Shown piece by piece: positions 43,801-55,489 of a DNA stretch of 64,000 nt. Every line of letters begins with the position of its first letter. Within the stretch, counting starts at the first letter, position 1. Below the pieces are notes generated by a model. That model saw only the letters and a list, made by a program, of their open reading frames with translations. It was not told where the DNA came from and searched no databases. Source of the DNA: Mayamaea pseudoterrestris (Eukaryota); the NCBI GenBank assembly GCA_027923505.1, contig BROI01000023.1:434001-498000 (forward strand), written 5' to 3'. A program made the translations under genes and the position numbers.

Positions 43801-46800
43801 GCATGGTATCATCTCAGCGAACATCCGCGATTACCATTTCGACACCTCACGAAATCGAGATTTCCGGCCGCGAACGTTCAGCGGTTGCGCGAGCTATTCG
43901 CCACGGACACGATACACTCTGACACGCCAGCTTTGGATGATGGAATTCTAGGGCATGGGGGAGCTACTAAGATGCAGCTCTTTGTTGGACGAGAAAGTTT
44001 TTACACGCGCGGCTACCCGATGAAGTCGGAAAGCGAAATGTCAAACGCGTTAGAGGATTTTATCCGCGAAGTGGGCGCTCCTAACGGACTGCTCAGCGAC
44101 AATGCCAAGTCGGAGACTGGCAAGGCTGTGAGGGATCTCTGTCGGATGTACAATATTCCTCAAGTGACCACCGAACCGGGTCACCCAGAACAAAATCCAT
44201 GCGAACGCCACACGTCGCACATTAAGCCAATGATGGAGAACCTCCAACGAGATTCGGGTTCGCCAGGTCATTGCTGGGTTTTGCTGATTAAATTCGTAAT
44301 CATGATTCTGAATGTCCTCGCGACAAAATCGCTGGGATGGCGCACTCCAACGGAAGTTGCGTTCGGAAATTTGCCGGATATTTCGCCTTTGTTACATTTC
44401 AAGTGGTGGGAACCGGTCACGTTTGAGGCGCAGGGGAGTTTTCCCTCGGCGGTACGATCTGGCAACGGCCGATTCGTGGGCATCGCAGAGAATAGCGGTC
44501 CGCACATGACTTTTCTTGTTCTGACGGACGACACGCTTCAGGCGATTCCGCGCTCCAACGTGGTCTCGCGCAGCTACTTGTTACCACGAGAGTTGCCTTC
44601 CTTCCCTGAGTCTGGAGGGGAGATTTCTGAAGAAGCTACACGCGCAAGCGAACAAAATTTTGAAAATTTTGAAACTCCAGATCTCGCGACAGGACACTAC
44701 CATAGCACGAATGCGACAGAAAGTAGTCACGACAACTACGAAGGAAACGACGACGAAACGATTCCGATGGCGAACCACGCCAACGTACCAGCGAAGTTCT
44801 TCAGAAGGGCTGAGCAAGAATCAGGGAATAAATGCCCTCTGTTCTCTCCAAGCGAACTCATCGGACGCACGTTCGTAAGGGAACACGAAAACGGTCAGAA
44901 AATGCGAGCGACTGTATGCGAATATATCGAAGTACGCGATAACGAGCTACTCGAAACGACGAAAGGTTTCCTGATCCAGATGGGAGAGGAGCCAGCGAAA
45001 GACTTAATAAGTTACAACGAACTGTCGGATTTAATCGAACGACAGATGGACGAAGATATACGAAACGATCCGGCGACTCAGTGGGTATTCACGAAGGTAA
45101 TCGGACACGAGCTTAATTTGAAACCGAACGATCCGACATATAAAGGAAGTTCAAGTAACGTTCTCGTCGAATGGACCGACGGAACGACGACGTGGGAGCC
45201 TCTCGCGATCATGAAAAAGGACGATCCGATAACGATCGCAGAGTATGGACTCAAGCACGGCTTACTCGACAAGCCAGGATGGAAGCAGCTGGAACATTAC
45301 ACTCGGAAGCGAAAGAAGTTTCGACAGATGGTGACAGCAGCGAAACGAAAATCGAAAGCAAACGGCGTACGCTACAAATTTGGCGTAAGACTGCCGCGCA
45401 ATTATAAAGATGCGAAAGCTCTCGACGAGATCAACGGCAACACGCTGTGGACGGATGCGATTCGAACGGAATTAAATCAGATAAATGATTACGACACGTT
45501 CGCAGATCAAGGAGTCGGTAAGGTTATGCCGGCGCCATGGAAACGAATAAACGTGCACATGATATTCGATGTCAAGCACGATTTGCGACGGAAAGCACGA
45601 CTCGTCGCAGGAGGACATATGACAGAGCCGCCGAAGGATTCAGTTTACTCGGGCGTTGTGTCATTGCGAAGTCTACGAATGGTAGCAATGTTAGCGGAAC
45701 TCAACGGTCTGGAACTGTGGGCAGCTGACGTCGGCAACGCATACTTGGAAGCGAAAACGAAAGAGAAGGTTTATATCGTGGCAGGTCCGGAGTTCGGGGA
45801 GCTTGAGGGTCACACGCTCACGATCGTGAAGGCATTATACGGTCTTCGCACGTCAGGCGCACGCTGGCACGAGCACTTTGCAGACACGCTCCGCGACATT
45901 GGCTTCACGCCGTGTATCGCAGAACCGGACGTGTGGATGCGCGATAAGGGCACGCACTACGAATACGTTTGTGTGTATGTCGACGATTTAGCGATAGCAA
46001 TGAAGAATCCGAAGGAACTAACGGATCTTTTAATTGAGAACTACAACTACAAGTTGAAGGGCGTCGGTCCATTGGCATATCATTTGGGCGCAGACGTTTG
46101 GCGGGACGACGACGGCGTACTCTGCTTCGGAGCGAAGAAGTACGTCACAAGACTATTAGCGAACTACAAAGAAATGTTCGGCGAGGAACCGCGACCGCAG
46201 ACAAGTCCACTACGCGACGGCGATCATCCGGAACTCGACGAAACGAAAGAACTTGACGACGACGGAATTGCGAAGTATCAATCGATCATTGGTGCGTTGC
46301 AATGGGCAGTAAGTTTATGTCGATTCGACATTCACTGTGCTGTCATGACTATGGGGAGATTCCGAGCTGCGCCACGAGCGGGGCACTTGGAACGGTTGAA
46401 GCATATCTGCGGATACTTACGACGATACCCGGATGGAGCGATTCGATTCAACGTTTCGATTCCAACGGACGAGCGATACGCGACAGTTGACAAGATGGAT
46501 TGGGATTACAGTGTGTACGGCAAGATCTGCGAAGAGCTTCCGTGGAACATGCCCACGCCGCGCGGCAAGGCGGTGCGAATGTCAACGTTCGAAGATGCGA
46601 ACCTGTACCACGATTACACGACGGGACGGGCAGCGATGGGCATGCTACACATGTTGAATGGGACAGTCGTCGATTGGTTTTCGAAACGCCAAGCGACGGT
46701 CGAGACGGCAACGTACGGCTCGGAGTTTGTAGCAGCGAGAGTGAGCACGGAGCAGATCATGGATCTCCGCTTCACGCTACGCATGTTGGGAGTTCCGCTC

Positions 46801-47382
46801 GACGGACCTTCATGGATGTTTGGAGACAACAAGTCGGTAACGCAAAGCAGCAACTTACCGCACTCTAGTCTGACGAAGCGACACAATGCACTGGCATTTC
46901 ACCGTGTACGCGAAGCGATTGCGGCGGGAATTATTAATTTCAACCACATCATGGGAACGACAAACCCGGCGGATGTACTTACCAAGTTTCTTCCACGGGC
47001 TACGGCAAGCAAGCACTTAAAGAACCTGCTCTTCAAGGAATCTAACTATTAGGTATGACTTGAGGGGAGTTGCAGGATGCGAACGAAAACAGCGAAAATC
47101 GGGCAAGTCACACCGAATGTCCGATAGGGTGACACAGCGGCACTCACGGCTCACCACAGCCTCACGATCGCGTGATGCGTGGCAGCGACGGCTTCGAAGC
47201 GATTCAACGAGTATATTGCTGAAACTAGCGCGATATAGAGTAGAAACAAGCAGACTTACTAAGCTTGAAGAGTTAAGAAAGCGATTTATACGTCTCTCGT
47301 ATTGTAGCAACTGCAAGCTTGGATTGGCCATCCAAGGACAGCTACAAGCGAAAGGTGCAACGATTTGATTTACAAGTTACAA
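40838..47382 (+). mobile_element. Full-length Ty1/copia family A copy 2, nested in element C
   Basis: 312-bp LTRs 40838-41149 and 47071-47382 appear identical; target-site duplication ATGAT (40833-40837 and 47383-47387); PPT at 47060-47069. Confidence 0.97.
41299..47052 (+). pseudogene. Family A copy 2 gag-pol: gag/PR frameshifted, IN-RT-RH (43885-47052) open
   Basis: Near-identical to ORF 6-4913 but broken by indels before ~43770. Confidence 0.88.
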
Positions 47383-50156
47383 ATGATTACAGGATCTTGG
47401 TTGTAGCCAATGCCATACCGATCTTGTATCACTCTGTTGAAAGCTTCTTTCTTGGCATTGAGAGCGTCGTCCCTTAGATCCTCATCCGACATTGGGAAGA
47501 CTGATGACCGGTGAACCACTGCCCCTGTGTCAGTCAGTATCTTTGAAGTCATAGCTTGTCCAACGTCAGCAGAAGGCCCCAGATAGCGTCCAAGAAGATA
47601 GTTATCTTCGTCCAGCTTTGGCGGGTTCCAATACCACACCCAGTCATACCAAGCAAACTCAGCAAATTCGATATCAGCCGTAGTCCCTAGCAAGTATGAC
47701 CTTGGAGTGTGTTCCATCGAGAACGTACCGTCGCCATATATGACGTTCGCAGCCTGCAACTCGTAGCAATCATCCCAAAACCGTGTTGGAGCATTAGACT
47801 TGCGCATTGCGCGCTTGTACATGTGTTTCAGGACATGATTGGTAGATTCACAGCGTTGATGATTTGGAGTCCATGGCTCAGTGGAATGGATATGAGAGCC
47901 TGCAGCTCTTGCCTTCTTGAGAAAGTCGCCTGCGACAAGCTCAGGTGCATTGTCCGGCGTCAAGATCTTGGGTCCTCCAACATCACGAAATAATAGCTCC
48001 AGAGTCTCTGGTGCTTGCTTTCTTGCCTTCATTGGATACACAGACGTGAAACTTGCATCTGTGCAGTATACTTGGAGATATTGGTTGCCTCTGCGCGACT
48101 TGCAAGGTCCTTGCATAGTGTCAGTGAACATGAACGTGTTCAGATTGCGAAAGCGCAGGGCTTCAGCTCTGGACCACATTCTTCGCATCAGCCGCTCCCC
48201 GGCAAAGTGTCGCACTCCAAGCTGAGTGACAACCTGGAGAGTCTTTCTTGCCGTCTCCAATCCAATGTTCCATCGGCGCTGCAACTGTTCGGCAGTCACA
48301 GCTCCCTTTCGTTTCCGCGTTCGGACAGCACTTTGAATTCTGATCATATCAGCATGCGAGAAGCACTTGTCTTCCTTGATCGTTGACAAGACATCTTTTG
48401 GTGATTGCCAAATTGACACTCCCACTTTGGAGATGCTCCGATCAAACATGTCAAAGTCAATGCCAGGATAAGTTTCCTCCATGAGGGCTTCTTCCCTTCT
48501 TGTAAAGCTGTCGTCCTGTGGATTGTATTGTGGGCTTGAGTAGGTCATATCGATCCACTCATAGGTATCTTTGTCCTCCTCTGTAGGCTTTCTCGCATGA
48601 AATAAGGAAATGACTCCATCACAGAGTAGCGGAATGTGCAAGCCAGCTTCTGGTGCAAGAATGCTGTGCACCTTCTTTCCTTTTGCCTTAGAGAGGAATC
48701 GCGGACAGTCGTGTACCTCCAAGTCATTCAAACGCATTTGATTTGGATTGAGCAGATGACAATTGAGATTGTCAAACAGCAAGACTTGGTTGAACCGAAG
48801 CATATAAGTCTTCAGCTCCAATGGATGGTCGTATGCCACAAGCACATCAGCAACTTGGACATTCTCGACGCAACCCATTCCTTCCATGAAGGGCGTAACA
48901 GATACTGTCTGATCTTGCGTAGCAACCACACTGCAGTATCTACTTGAGAAGCAGCAAGTGTCCGCGTGCGAGTCGAGCTCGGCGCGTGTTACTTCCGGAT
49001 GAACCACATCCAATGCAGACTCTGCTCTTGCTACCGATCGCCTTGATGAGGTAATCGCATGAATGAAACGGCTCGTGGGTTTGAAAGTGCAAGTCTTTTG
49101 AGGCGCGTCTTTGGCGAGAAGATCTGGGAGAGACTCGAGATTATATATCGGATAAGTCTCGTCGCGGTCTTCTTCCATTTCATCTCTTGCATCGCAGCTG
49201 TCCCCTGGCATGTCCCCTGACATTGTCGAGCCTAGGATCGCGTCCTCCAACCTGGTCCCCTCACATTCAAACTCCGCGAGTCAGGTACGACGCCCCATCG
49301 TCTCACCTAGACGGGTGTCTTCAGCAGGCGTATCTGCTTCCGAAGCAGCAGCCAATTGCTGAGTAAGTGTTTCATTAGCAGCCTTGAGGGCTGCAATAGC
49401 TCGGCGTTGAGCTTTAAGAGTGGCCTTGCCTGTACCCTGAGTAGCGCCACCACCACCTCCACTGCCGCCGTTCTTCTTCTTGTATGCCTTCCTCTTTTGA
49501 ATAATCTTGTCCGCGCGACCATCCTTCTTCATAGCATCCCAAACGGCCTTTGGAAACCAGTCGCCTGACTTCTTGGAGCTTGGAGATCCGCTAGACTGCC
49601 CTTGTGAAGGGCTGCCAAAAGATGTCGCTGCAGCGGCGACGCGGCGACGTTGCGCTGCTTCGGATTTAATATTCATGACCAAAGAGGTGTAGTAGGTAAC
49701 AACCTTGTCATAGGTGTCGAGCCGACGGTCGGCGAGGTCTTCGTAACCAAAATCCAAGATATAGGCTCGCTTGCCAGCTTGCAAAGCGTCGTTTTGAATG
49801 GAATCGTTGAGAAAAGTGATCTTCTCTTCGTCAGTAAGCACTTTGCCTTCTTGCAATAGATCATTAAAGCAGCCTTGCAAAATTCCAAGGAATTTCTCCC
49901 ATGGAGTCTTGGTCTCGCTCACATAGAACGTAGACTTGAGCTTGGCTTCTGCCTCGACCTTAATCCGCGAGCGGCTGGATCGCGACAGATAATGACCTTC
50001 AACAGCCTTGTACGCCGCACGCCCGTTGCCAGAGCCTGAACAATGTGTAGGCTTGAGGTCATCAAATGTCTCAAGTCCTTGGGCAAGAAGCGCACCCTGC
50101 ATGGGAGCAGGGATAGTGAGCTCGTTCGTGAGGTAGTTGGCGAAGTTGGCATCCAT
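47383..50156 (-). mobile_element. Ty1/copia family C: gag (50156-49281) and PR-IN (49280-47383); RT/RH and 3' LTR absent
   Basis: Protease RAELDSHADTCC, LLNPNQMR; integrase RRWNIGLETARKTL, FTDT..TPDNAPE..CE, GRYLGPS; gag-like GRAAYKAVEGHY. The 5' LTR could not be delimited. Confidence 0.9.
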
Positions 50157-50613
50157 GTTGGCAGAGAGGTAGGTAGGTAGGCTAGGGACAAAAAGGGTAG
50201 AGGACTTAGTAGCTTGATACAACAGCGTTTGACCTTGTAGGAAAGACGATATTGTGAGAGCAAATATTTGTTCAAAATGAAGAAATGGTGCGCACTCTTG
50301 TAAAGATTCGGCATATCCAACTGTAGCAAAGTTTGATATTTCGCCAGGAACATTGCGCACGAACGACCGTTGTCACAAATATTTCGCAAGATTCACAAAG
50401 CACACACACCGTAATGTGTTTAAAGTGCGTCACTGTTGAAATGTTTGCACGCAACGCACGAAATTTTGACACAACACTTCCGTTTCAGCTGTACTTAACT
50501 CATGTGACGCGCGATCAACGCGCGTTGGACAACGAAAAGAGCAAGTCAATTGACGCAACCTGCGAGTGTTTGGCCAGCAAATCGTCACAATTTTCTCTGT
50601 CAGCAAAACTGTG

Positions 50614-51213
50614 ATGTCAATGCAACTCGTCAAAAGGTCCACACGCATCGACGACTTGCGTCGCAGCGGAAAGCTCCACCCAACATTGAATCCCTTGGAT
50701 CCTTCCAAGCTGAGAGGCATAGAGGCTGAACTCTACAAGTTGAAATGCTTCACTTCGCGACGCGAAGACATTGTTCTGATGGAAATGGGCGAACCAATTG
50801 AGCATGGCTATGACGTGAGTCAAGCACGCTTCCACCTCTACGAGTTGCCTCGCGGAACAAAGCACTTCCTGCACGACGACGTGCTCCAACACATTGTCAA
50901 ACAAGTGCGGCGTCAGTCTGGAGAGTTTGATTGGACAAGACTGACGATTCATCAACTCCTGCAAGCACCATGGTTGGAAACGAATTGCAAGCTGCACCAC
51001 AAGGATACTCGGGCCAGGAACATGGCGAGGATGAGTGCTTATCGAAAGGCCAGCAGGAAGCGCGAGCAGGAGTCCAATTGGCAGGAATCCATTCGTCCAG
51101 ATCTGGTCTATAGCTCCATCGATGCGATGCCTTTCTGGGTCCGTCATAGTGGGCTTCATGCGCAGTATTTTCCTGAAGCATATGTGGGTTGCATCCAAAG
51201 TTGTGACATTTAA
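50614..51213 (+). CDS. Hypothetical protein (~200 aa)
   Basis: Open frame with protein-like composition and no recognised motif; overlapped by an antisense ORF of similar size. Confidence 0.35.
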   Translation: MSMQLVKRSTRIDDLRRSGKLHPTLNPLDPSKLRGIEAELYKLKCFTSRREDIVLMEMGEPIEHGYDVSQARFHLYELPRGTKHFLHDDVLQHIVKQVRRQSGEFDWTRLTIHQLLQAPWLETNCKLHHKDTRARNMARMSAYRKASRKREQESNWQESIRPDLVYSSIDAMPFWVRHSGLHAQYFPEAYVGCIQSCDI

Positions 51214-52149
51214 CTTGCTCATAGCGTAAGTCAAATAAAGAAACATGGTTATTTTGGATCATTCATGTTTGTACACCATCTTGTTCGTTCGTAGTGCGCA
51301 TCGGATTGATTCAGCAAGTTGGTTGAGCTCGCCGACGAATCATTTACTGGCAAGAATTGCCGATCAGCATTGTCGGTACTGGCATGCGACCCTGATCACC
51401 ACATCTCCGACTTGTCATACAAAGCGAGTAGCGAAATGCAATGTGGAATTTCCCAGTGACAAGGAGTGGGGTTTGTCGCAAGCGTCCAAACGACAGAAGT
51501 GTTGCTCGGTCTTGTAAATACCTTTGGTCGGGTACTGACGACGCGTGGAAATGTGTACTTGTCGACACACATTAGTGCAAGCCACGGTGGAATCGCTTCC
51601 CGTCGAGCGATGCTCAGAGCATCAGATATTATTCGATAATGAAGCCGTCCCCGGCCAATGCACCCCGAACAAGTTGCTTGTTGCTCATAGCAAAGCAAAG
51701 TGGGTCTGATAAACCAATAAAGATACGTGTGACCGTAATAGATCTCGTTTACTAATACGGGTTCATGTATGCGTCTCGTTAAAGAAGTGAGCTTAATAGT
51801 TACGTTCGAACCTAAAGCAGTCTTGTTCCCAACAAGATTGCCACCGCTAGTCTTGTCCATGACAAGACTCCCGTCGCCTAATAGGATTGGATCTTTAGTC
51901 TAGTTTTGGGCGACTCCCATGGAATCTTATTGCGACTGTATGTCACAGAGCAGCAGCGGCAGCACCCACAAAACTTTGGCCATCCCCATCATGTGAAGCA
52001 TTCCCACCTTTTAAAAAGCTTTTGGTATGGTCAATCAACCTCTACAACCTTGGTGGTCATGCATATCCTTCAAGTTTTGGGAGTAGACATGCTAGCTTCC
52101 ACATAGCTAAGTATCCCGTACGCCGCCACATTACACCACCAGGTTCGCT

Positions 52150-52470
52150 GGGCATCAGACAGTCCTATTGGCAGGACTTGGAGACTAGATAGGCTAGTGA
52201 TGAATGCATTGCACTTTCTACATAATGAAACAATATTTGGCAGCTGTCAGCTATCAATTAGACCCCTCTGGCCTATGGAGTGGGTTATGGCAGCCTGCTA
52301 CTGTGGACAAGCCTGGGGCCATGGAATTCAGGCAGTCCCTGTGGCAGAACTTGGATGCTAGATGGGATAATGATGCATGCATTGCACCTTTTACACCATG
52401 AAACAATGCCTGTCAACTGCCAGCTTTCAATCTCTATACCTCTCTGGCCATTGGAGTGATGGGCTACCGT
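52150..52470. repeat. Diverged two-copy ~173-bp tandem repeat
   Basis: CAG.CAGTCC..TGGCAG.ACTTGGA..CTAGAT.GG..TGATG.ATGCATTGCAC..ATGAAACAAT..CTCTGGCC..TGGAGTG occurs twice (TGCATTGCAC at 52205 and 52378). Confidence 0.8.
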
Positions 52471-52601
52471 AGGGCCATCGAACGAAAATCGCAATATCGT
52501 ACCGTGACTCGCTTTTAGTCATTCGCCACGCAAAAGTGGCACGGGCGAAGAACGACCATGACGGCCGTACCAATCATTCTGCCGACGACAATCACCCCAA
52601 A

Positions 52602-53489
52602 ATGAACGACCCAAGCGTATCGATGCATCATTCACATACAGCTACACCTGCAGCTAATACAAGCAGAGATTTAGCTACTGTGTCATCTAGTCCGCTGACG
52701 AGCGCATCGAGTACCCAAGCCGTCTCACCAAGAGCAGCACCTACATCATTCATATTCGCCTACGGCTCGCTTATTTGTCCTCATAGTCGCGCCTTGACAG
52801 CTCCATCCATGGCGAACGTGCAAGCCATTCCAGTCCGCGTCACTCACTTGGAGCGCCATTTCAGCATGCCGACTGGATCATGGACCGCCATGGGCGTCAG
52901 GTTTCGACGCAACGCCACCTGCGTGGGCGTTTTGCTCGCAGTGACCAAGCAGGAGCTCCGACGGTTCGACAAGCGCGAGCTTGGTTATGATCGCAATCTA
53001 CTTCCGCCGGAGCATGTTGAGTATTTGGAAACTGACGGTAAAGCTGCCGAGCAGCAGCAGCAAATGGAGGAATCGCCGCCCAAACTAATTTGGGTCTACA
53101 TTCAGCAACGGCACGTTCCGCCGTCCATACGAAACCCCATTGCGCAAAGCTACGTTGACATTATACTGCGCGGATGTTTGACCGTTTCCGAAGACTTTGC
53201 CAAGGAATTCATCTTGACGACGGGTGGATGGTTCATAGCTAGTGGCGATGCGGCTACATATAAGATTTTCGATGCGAAACAACCTGCAACTGCTACATTC
53301 GACCGAGCCACAGCAAACGGCGAGCAGCAGCAGATGCTGCAAGTACATTGGGTGAATGATCGGCACGATCCTCTCTACATTCGGGCCGACGCTGCATATT
53401 CGATGCGAGCCGCTCGCATTTTGGATGCATTGCTGCAGCTGCACGTGCCGCTTGCCATGGAGCGACGAAAATTGTATGGAAGGTCTTGA
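52602..53489 (+). CDS. Gamma-glutamylcyclotransferase-like (GGCT/AIG2/ChaC fold) protein
   Basis: IFAYGSLI, FDKRELGYDR and PIAQSYVDIILRGCL motifs; start uncertain. Confidence 0.8.
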   Translation: MNDPSVSMHHSHTATPAANTSRDLATVSSSPLTSASSTQAVSPRAAPTSFIFAYGSLICPHSRALTAPSMANVQAIPVRVTHLERHFSMPTGSWTAMGVRFRRNATCVGVLLAVTKQELRRFDKRELGYDRNLLPPEHVEYLETDGKAAEQQQQMEESPPKLIWVYIQQRHVPPSIRNPIAQSYVDIILRGCLTVSEDFAKEFILTTGGWFIASGDAATYKIFDAKQPATATFDRATANGEQQQMLQVHWVNDRHDPLYIRADAAYSMRAARILDALLQLHVPLAMERRKLYGRS

Positions 53490-53898
53490 CAATGACGCTA
53501 TCATGCATTTGACAACGGTTATACAACTTGACAGCATGATTTTGTGCTTTTTGACGCAGCGCAGGCATCTATCATTTGTGACAATGACTGCACAAGATCT
53601 TGCTTCAGCTTCATCTGACGCAATGGCACCGCGATTGTTAGAGCTGACTTTCTGAATAAAAAATCTATGTACGCGTACACACAAATATAATCTGGTATAG
53701 GAATCCTTTGATGTTTGTACGATTAGCTCCTGTGAACAGCTGATTAAATAGGCAAGTACCGGTCCGTCATCAAAACTGATACGACATGACGTGTTGGAAC
53801 GACATCCATCACTCCTTTTCTTGCCGACATGCCGACATATCCATCGCACCTTTATCCAAATTCTTCAGCTCCAGCCAGGCCACTGATATATTTTCATC

Positions 53899-55215
53899 AT
53901 GACAGCGAACAAAGTGGGTTTGGATCAAAGCAGTGAACCCATCCGAGCTGTAGTCACTGACGCCAGTCCCGAAGAACAATCGTCGTCGCCCACGTACGAT
54001 GCAGGTCAAACTGACAAGGTAGAAGCTTCGTTCCAAAACGAAAATGAGTGGGAAGATTCTTTCCTAGACTTTGCGCAAAGCAAACATCCAGTCACTGGAA
54101 AATATGTCATGACGATGGAACGACTACTCTGGCTGCAAAAGCAAGAAGCTGCGTATGCACATCGTCAACATGCCTTGTCGGACGATCGATTACGAAAGCT
54201 TCAAAGTCTCGGGTTCTTTGCAAATGACAAGACTCTTTCGCCGTCATCGACTGTGACGACGACTAAAACAGCGTCTTCGGCCGGAGTTACACCGCAAAAT
54301 CCAGTGCTGTCAACGACAGCGCCATCCATTCATCATGCTTCGACAAGCAAGAAAGTGACAGATGACATGAAGAGTGGTCACGATGCAAATGTGCAGAGTA
54401 TGAAACGAGTGCGTTCGGAATCTGATGCTGACAGCCAAGCTCGCCCATCAAAAGCTGCCTGTTTGGCTCTTGACACTAGCGAGAAAGACGCGGGAAAGCC
54501 ACTAAATGTCTCAAATGATTTCACCTCAGTGATGGCTAAATCTGCTACACCCTTAGTTTTGACTCCGGAAATACAGCGTCTCATAAAGCTACAGCAGCTG
54601 GTTACGAGCTTTGCTGCGTCCGCTAGACCTGGTGACAAAGCGTCTGTTGGGATTGGTCTCACCAACCTTGAACGACATTTCGTCAGGGATGAATTGAAAA
54701 AATACGGTTCTGACTTTTGCGTGAATCTGAAAGGTTATCTTGTTGAGATTGCATTAAATGCTTCATTGAACGAGGGACCAGGCTTGGTGACTTGTCCGAA
54801 ACAATCGGACTCGTCATCCCGTACCTTATCGCGAACAAGCAATGGTGCCCAAATTTGGGTTGTAAACAATCAATATAAAAAGCGATTCCACAAGTACCAA
54901 TCAATGCCCAAGCCATCCAGTATTGGAGCTATGCCCTCGGTTGAGCGCAACGGGCAAAAACGGCCTATGTGCATCTCGTATCATGTCCGAGGCCAATGTA
55001 GCGCCAGTTGTAAACGGAGCTACGATCATTGTCTCCACCATTTGGAGGAAGACGAGCAATTGGCAAGTTGGTGTGTGCAAGCATTTACGTTCAAGCATGT
55101 TGTCACGGCGCCGATCAGGTCGAGCACGCAACCGGTCAAAGATTTTGCCACGTTGCTCGACGAGCTTACCGCCAAAAGCGCTGGTGAACACAGTGAGAAA
55201 GAAACGTGCAGTTAA
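53899..55215 (+). CDS. Hypothetical protein with helicase-associated (HA)-like domain and C-terminal Cys/His finger
   Basis: WEDSFLDF..LLWLQKQ..LSDDRLRKLQSLGF; MCISYHVRGQCSASCKRSYDH. Confidence 0.65.
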   Translation: MTANKVGLDQSSEPIRAVVTDASPEEQSSSPTYDAGQTDKVEASFQNENEWEDSFLDFAQSKHPVTGKYVMTMERLLWLQKQEAAYAHRQHALSDDRLRKLQSLGFFANDKTLSPSSTVTTTKTASSAGVTPQNPVLSTTAPSIHHASTSKKVTDDMKSGHDANVQSMKRVRSESDADSQARPSKAACLALDTSEKDAGKPLNVSNDFTSVMAKSATPLVLTPEIQRLIKLQQLVTSFAASARPGDKASVGIGLTNLERHFVRDELKKYGSDFCVNLKGYLVEIALNASLNEGPGLVTCPKQSDSSSRTLSRTSNGAQIWVVNNQYKKRFHKYQSMPKPSSIGAMPSVERNGQKRPMCISYHVRGQCSASCKRSYDHCLHHLEEDEQLASWCVQAFTFKHVVTAPIRSSTQPVKDFATLLDELTAKSAGEHSEKETCS

Positions 55216-55489
55216 TCTATTACGGATACACGGCTCCGTCTTTTCGCGTACAAGTAGTGCTCGTACTTATTGCGAAGTAGAAAGTAATACAACACAAATA
55301 TAGTCGCCGAAGTGCATCCCACATTAGTCGTGCGACTACTCGTACACACTATCGGTCTCATAACCGCAGCGACAGATCAGATCGATCGCCAAAAAGCGAC
55401 GTGAGGTTCGGAGTTGCTCCGCAAATTGCACGCAGCAATCCATCCTTTTGTCGTCATCAAGCATAGTCCGACAACACAACAGTCCTATC

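Noticed and set aside
28220..52545. Terminal inverted repeats bounding the whole island
   Set aside because: Only short out-of-order matches (GTGCCAC, CGAATGA) and no TSD.
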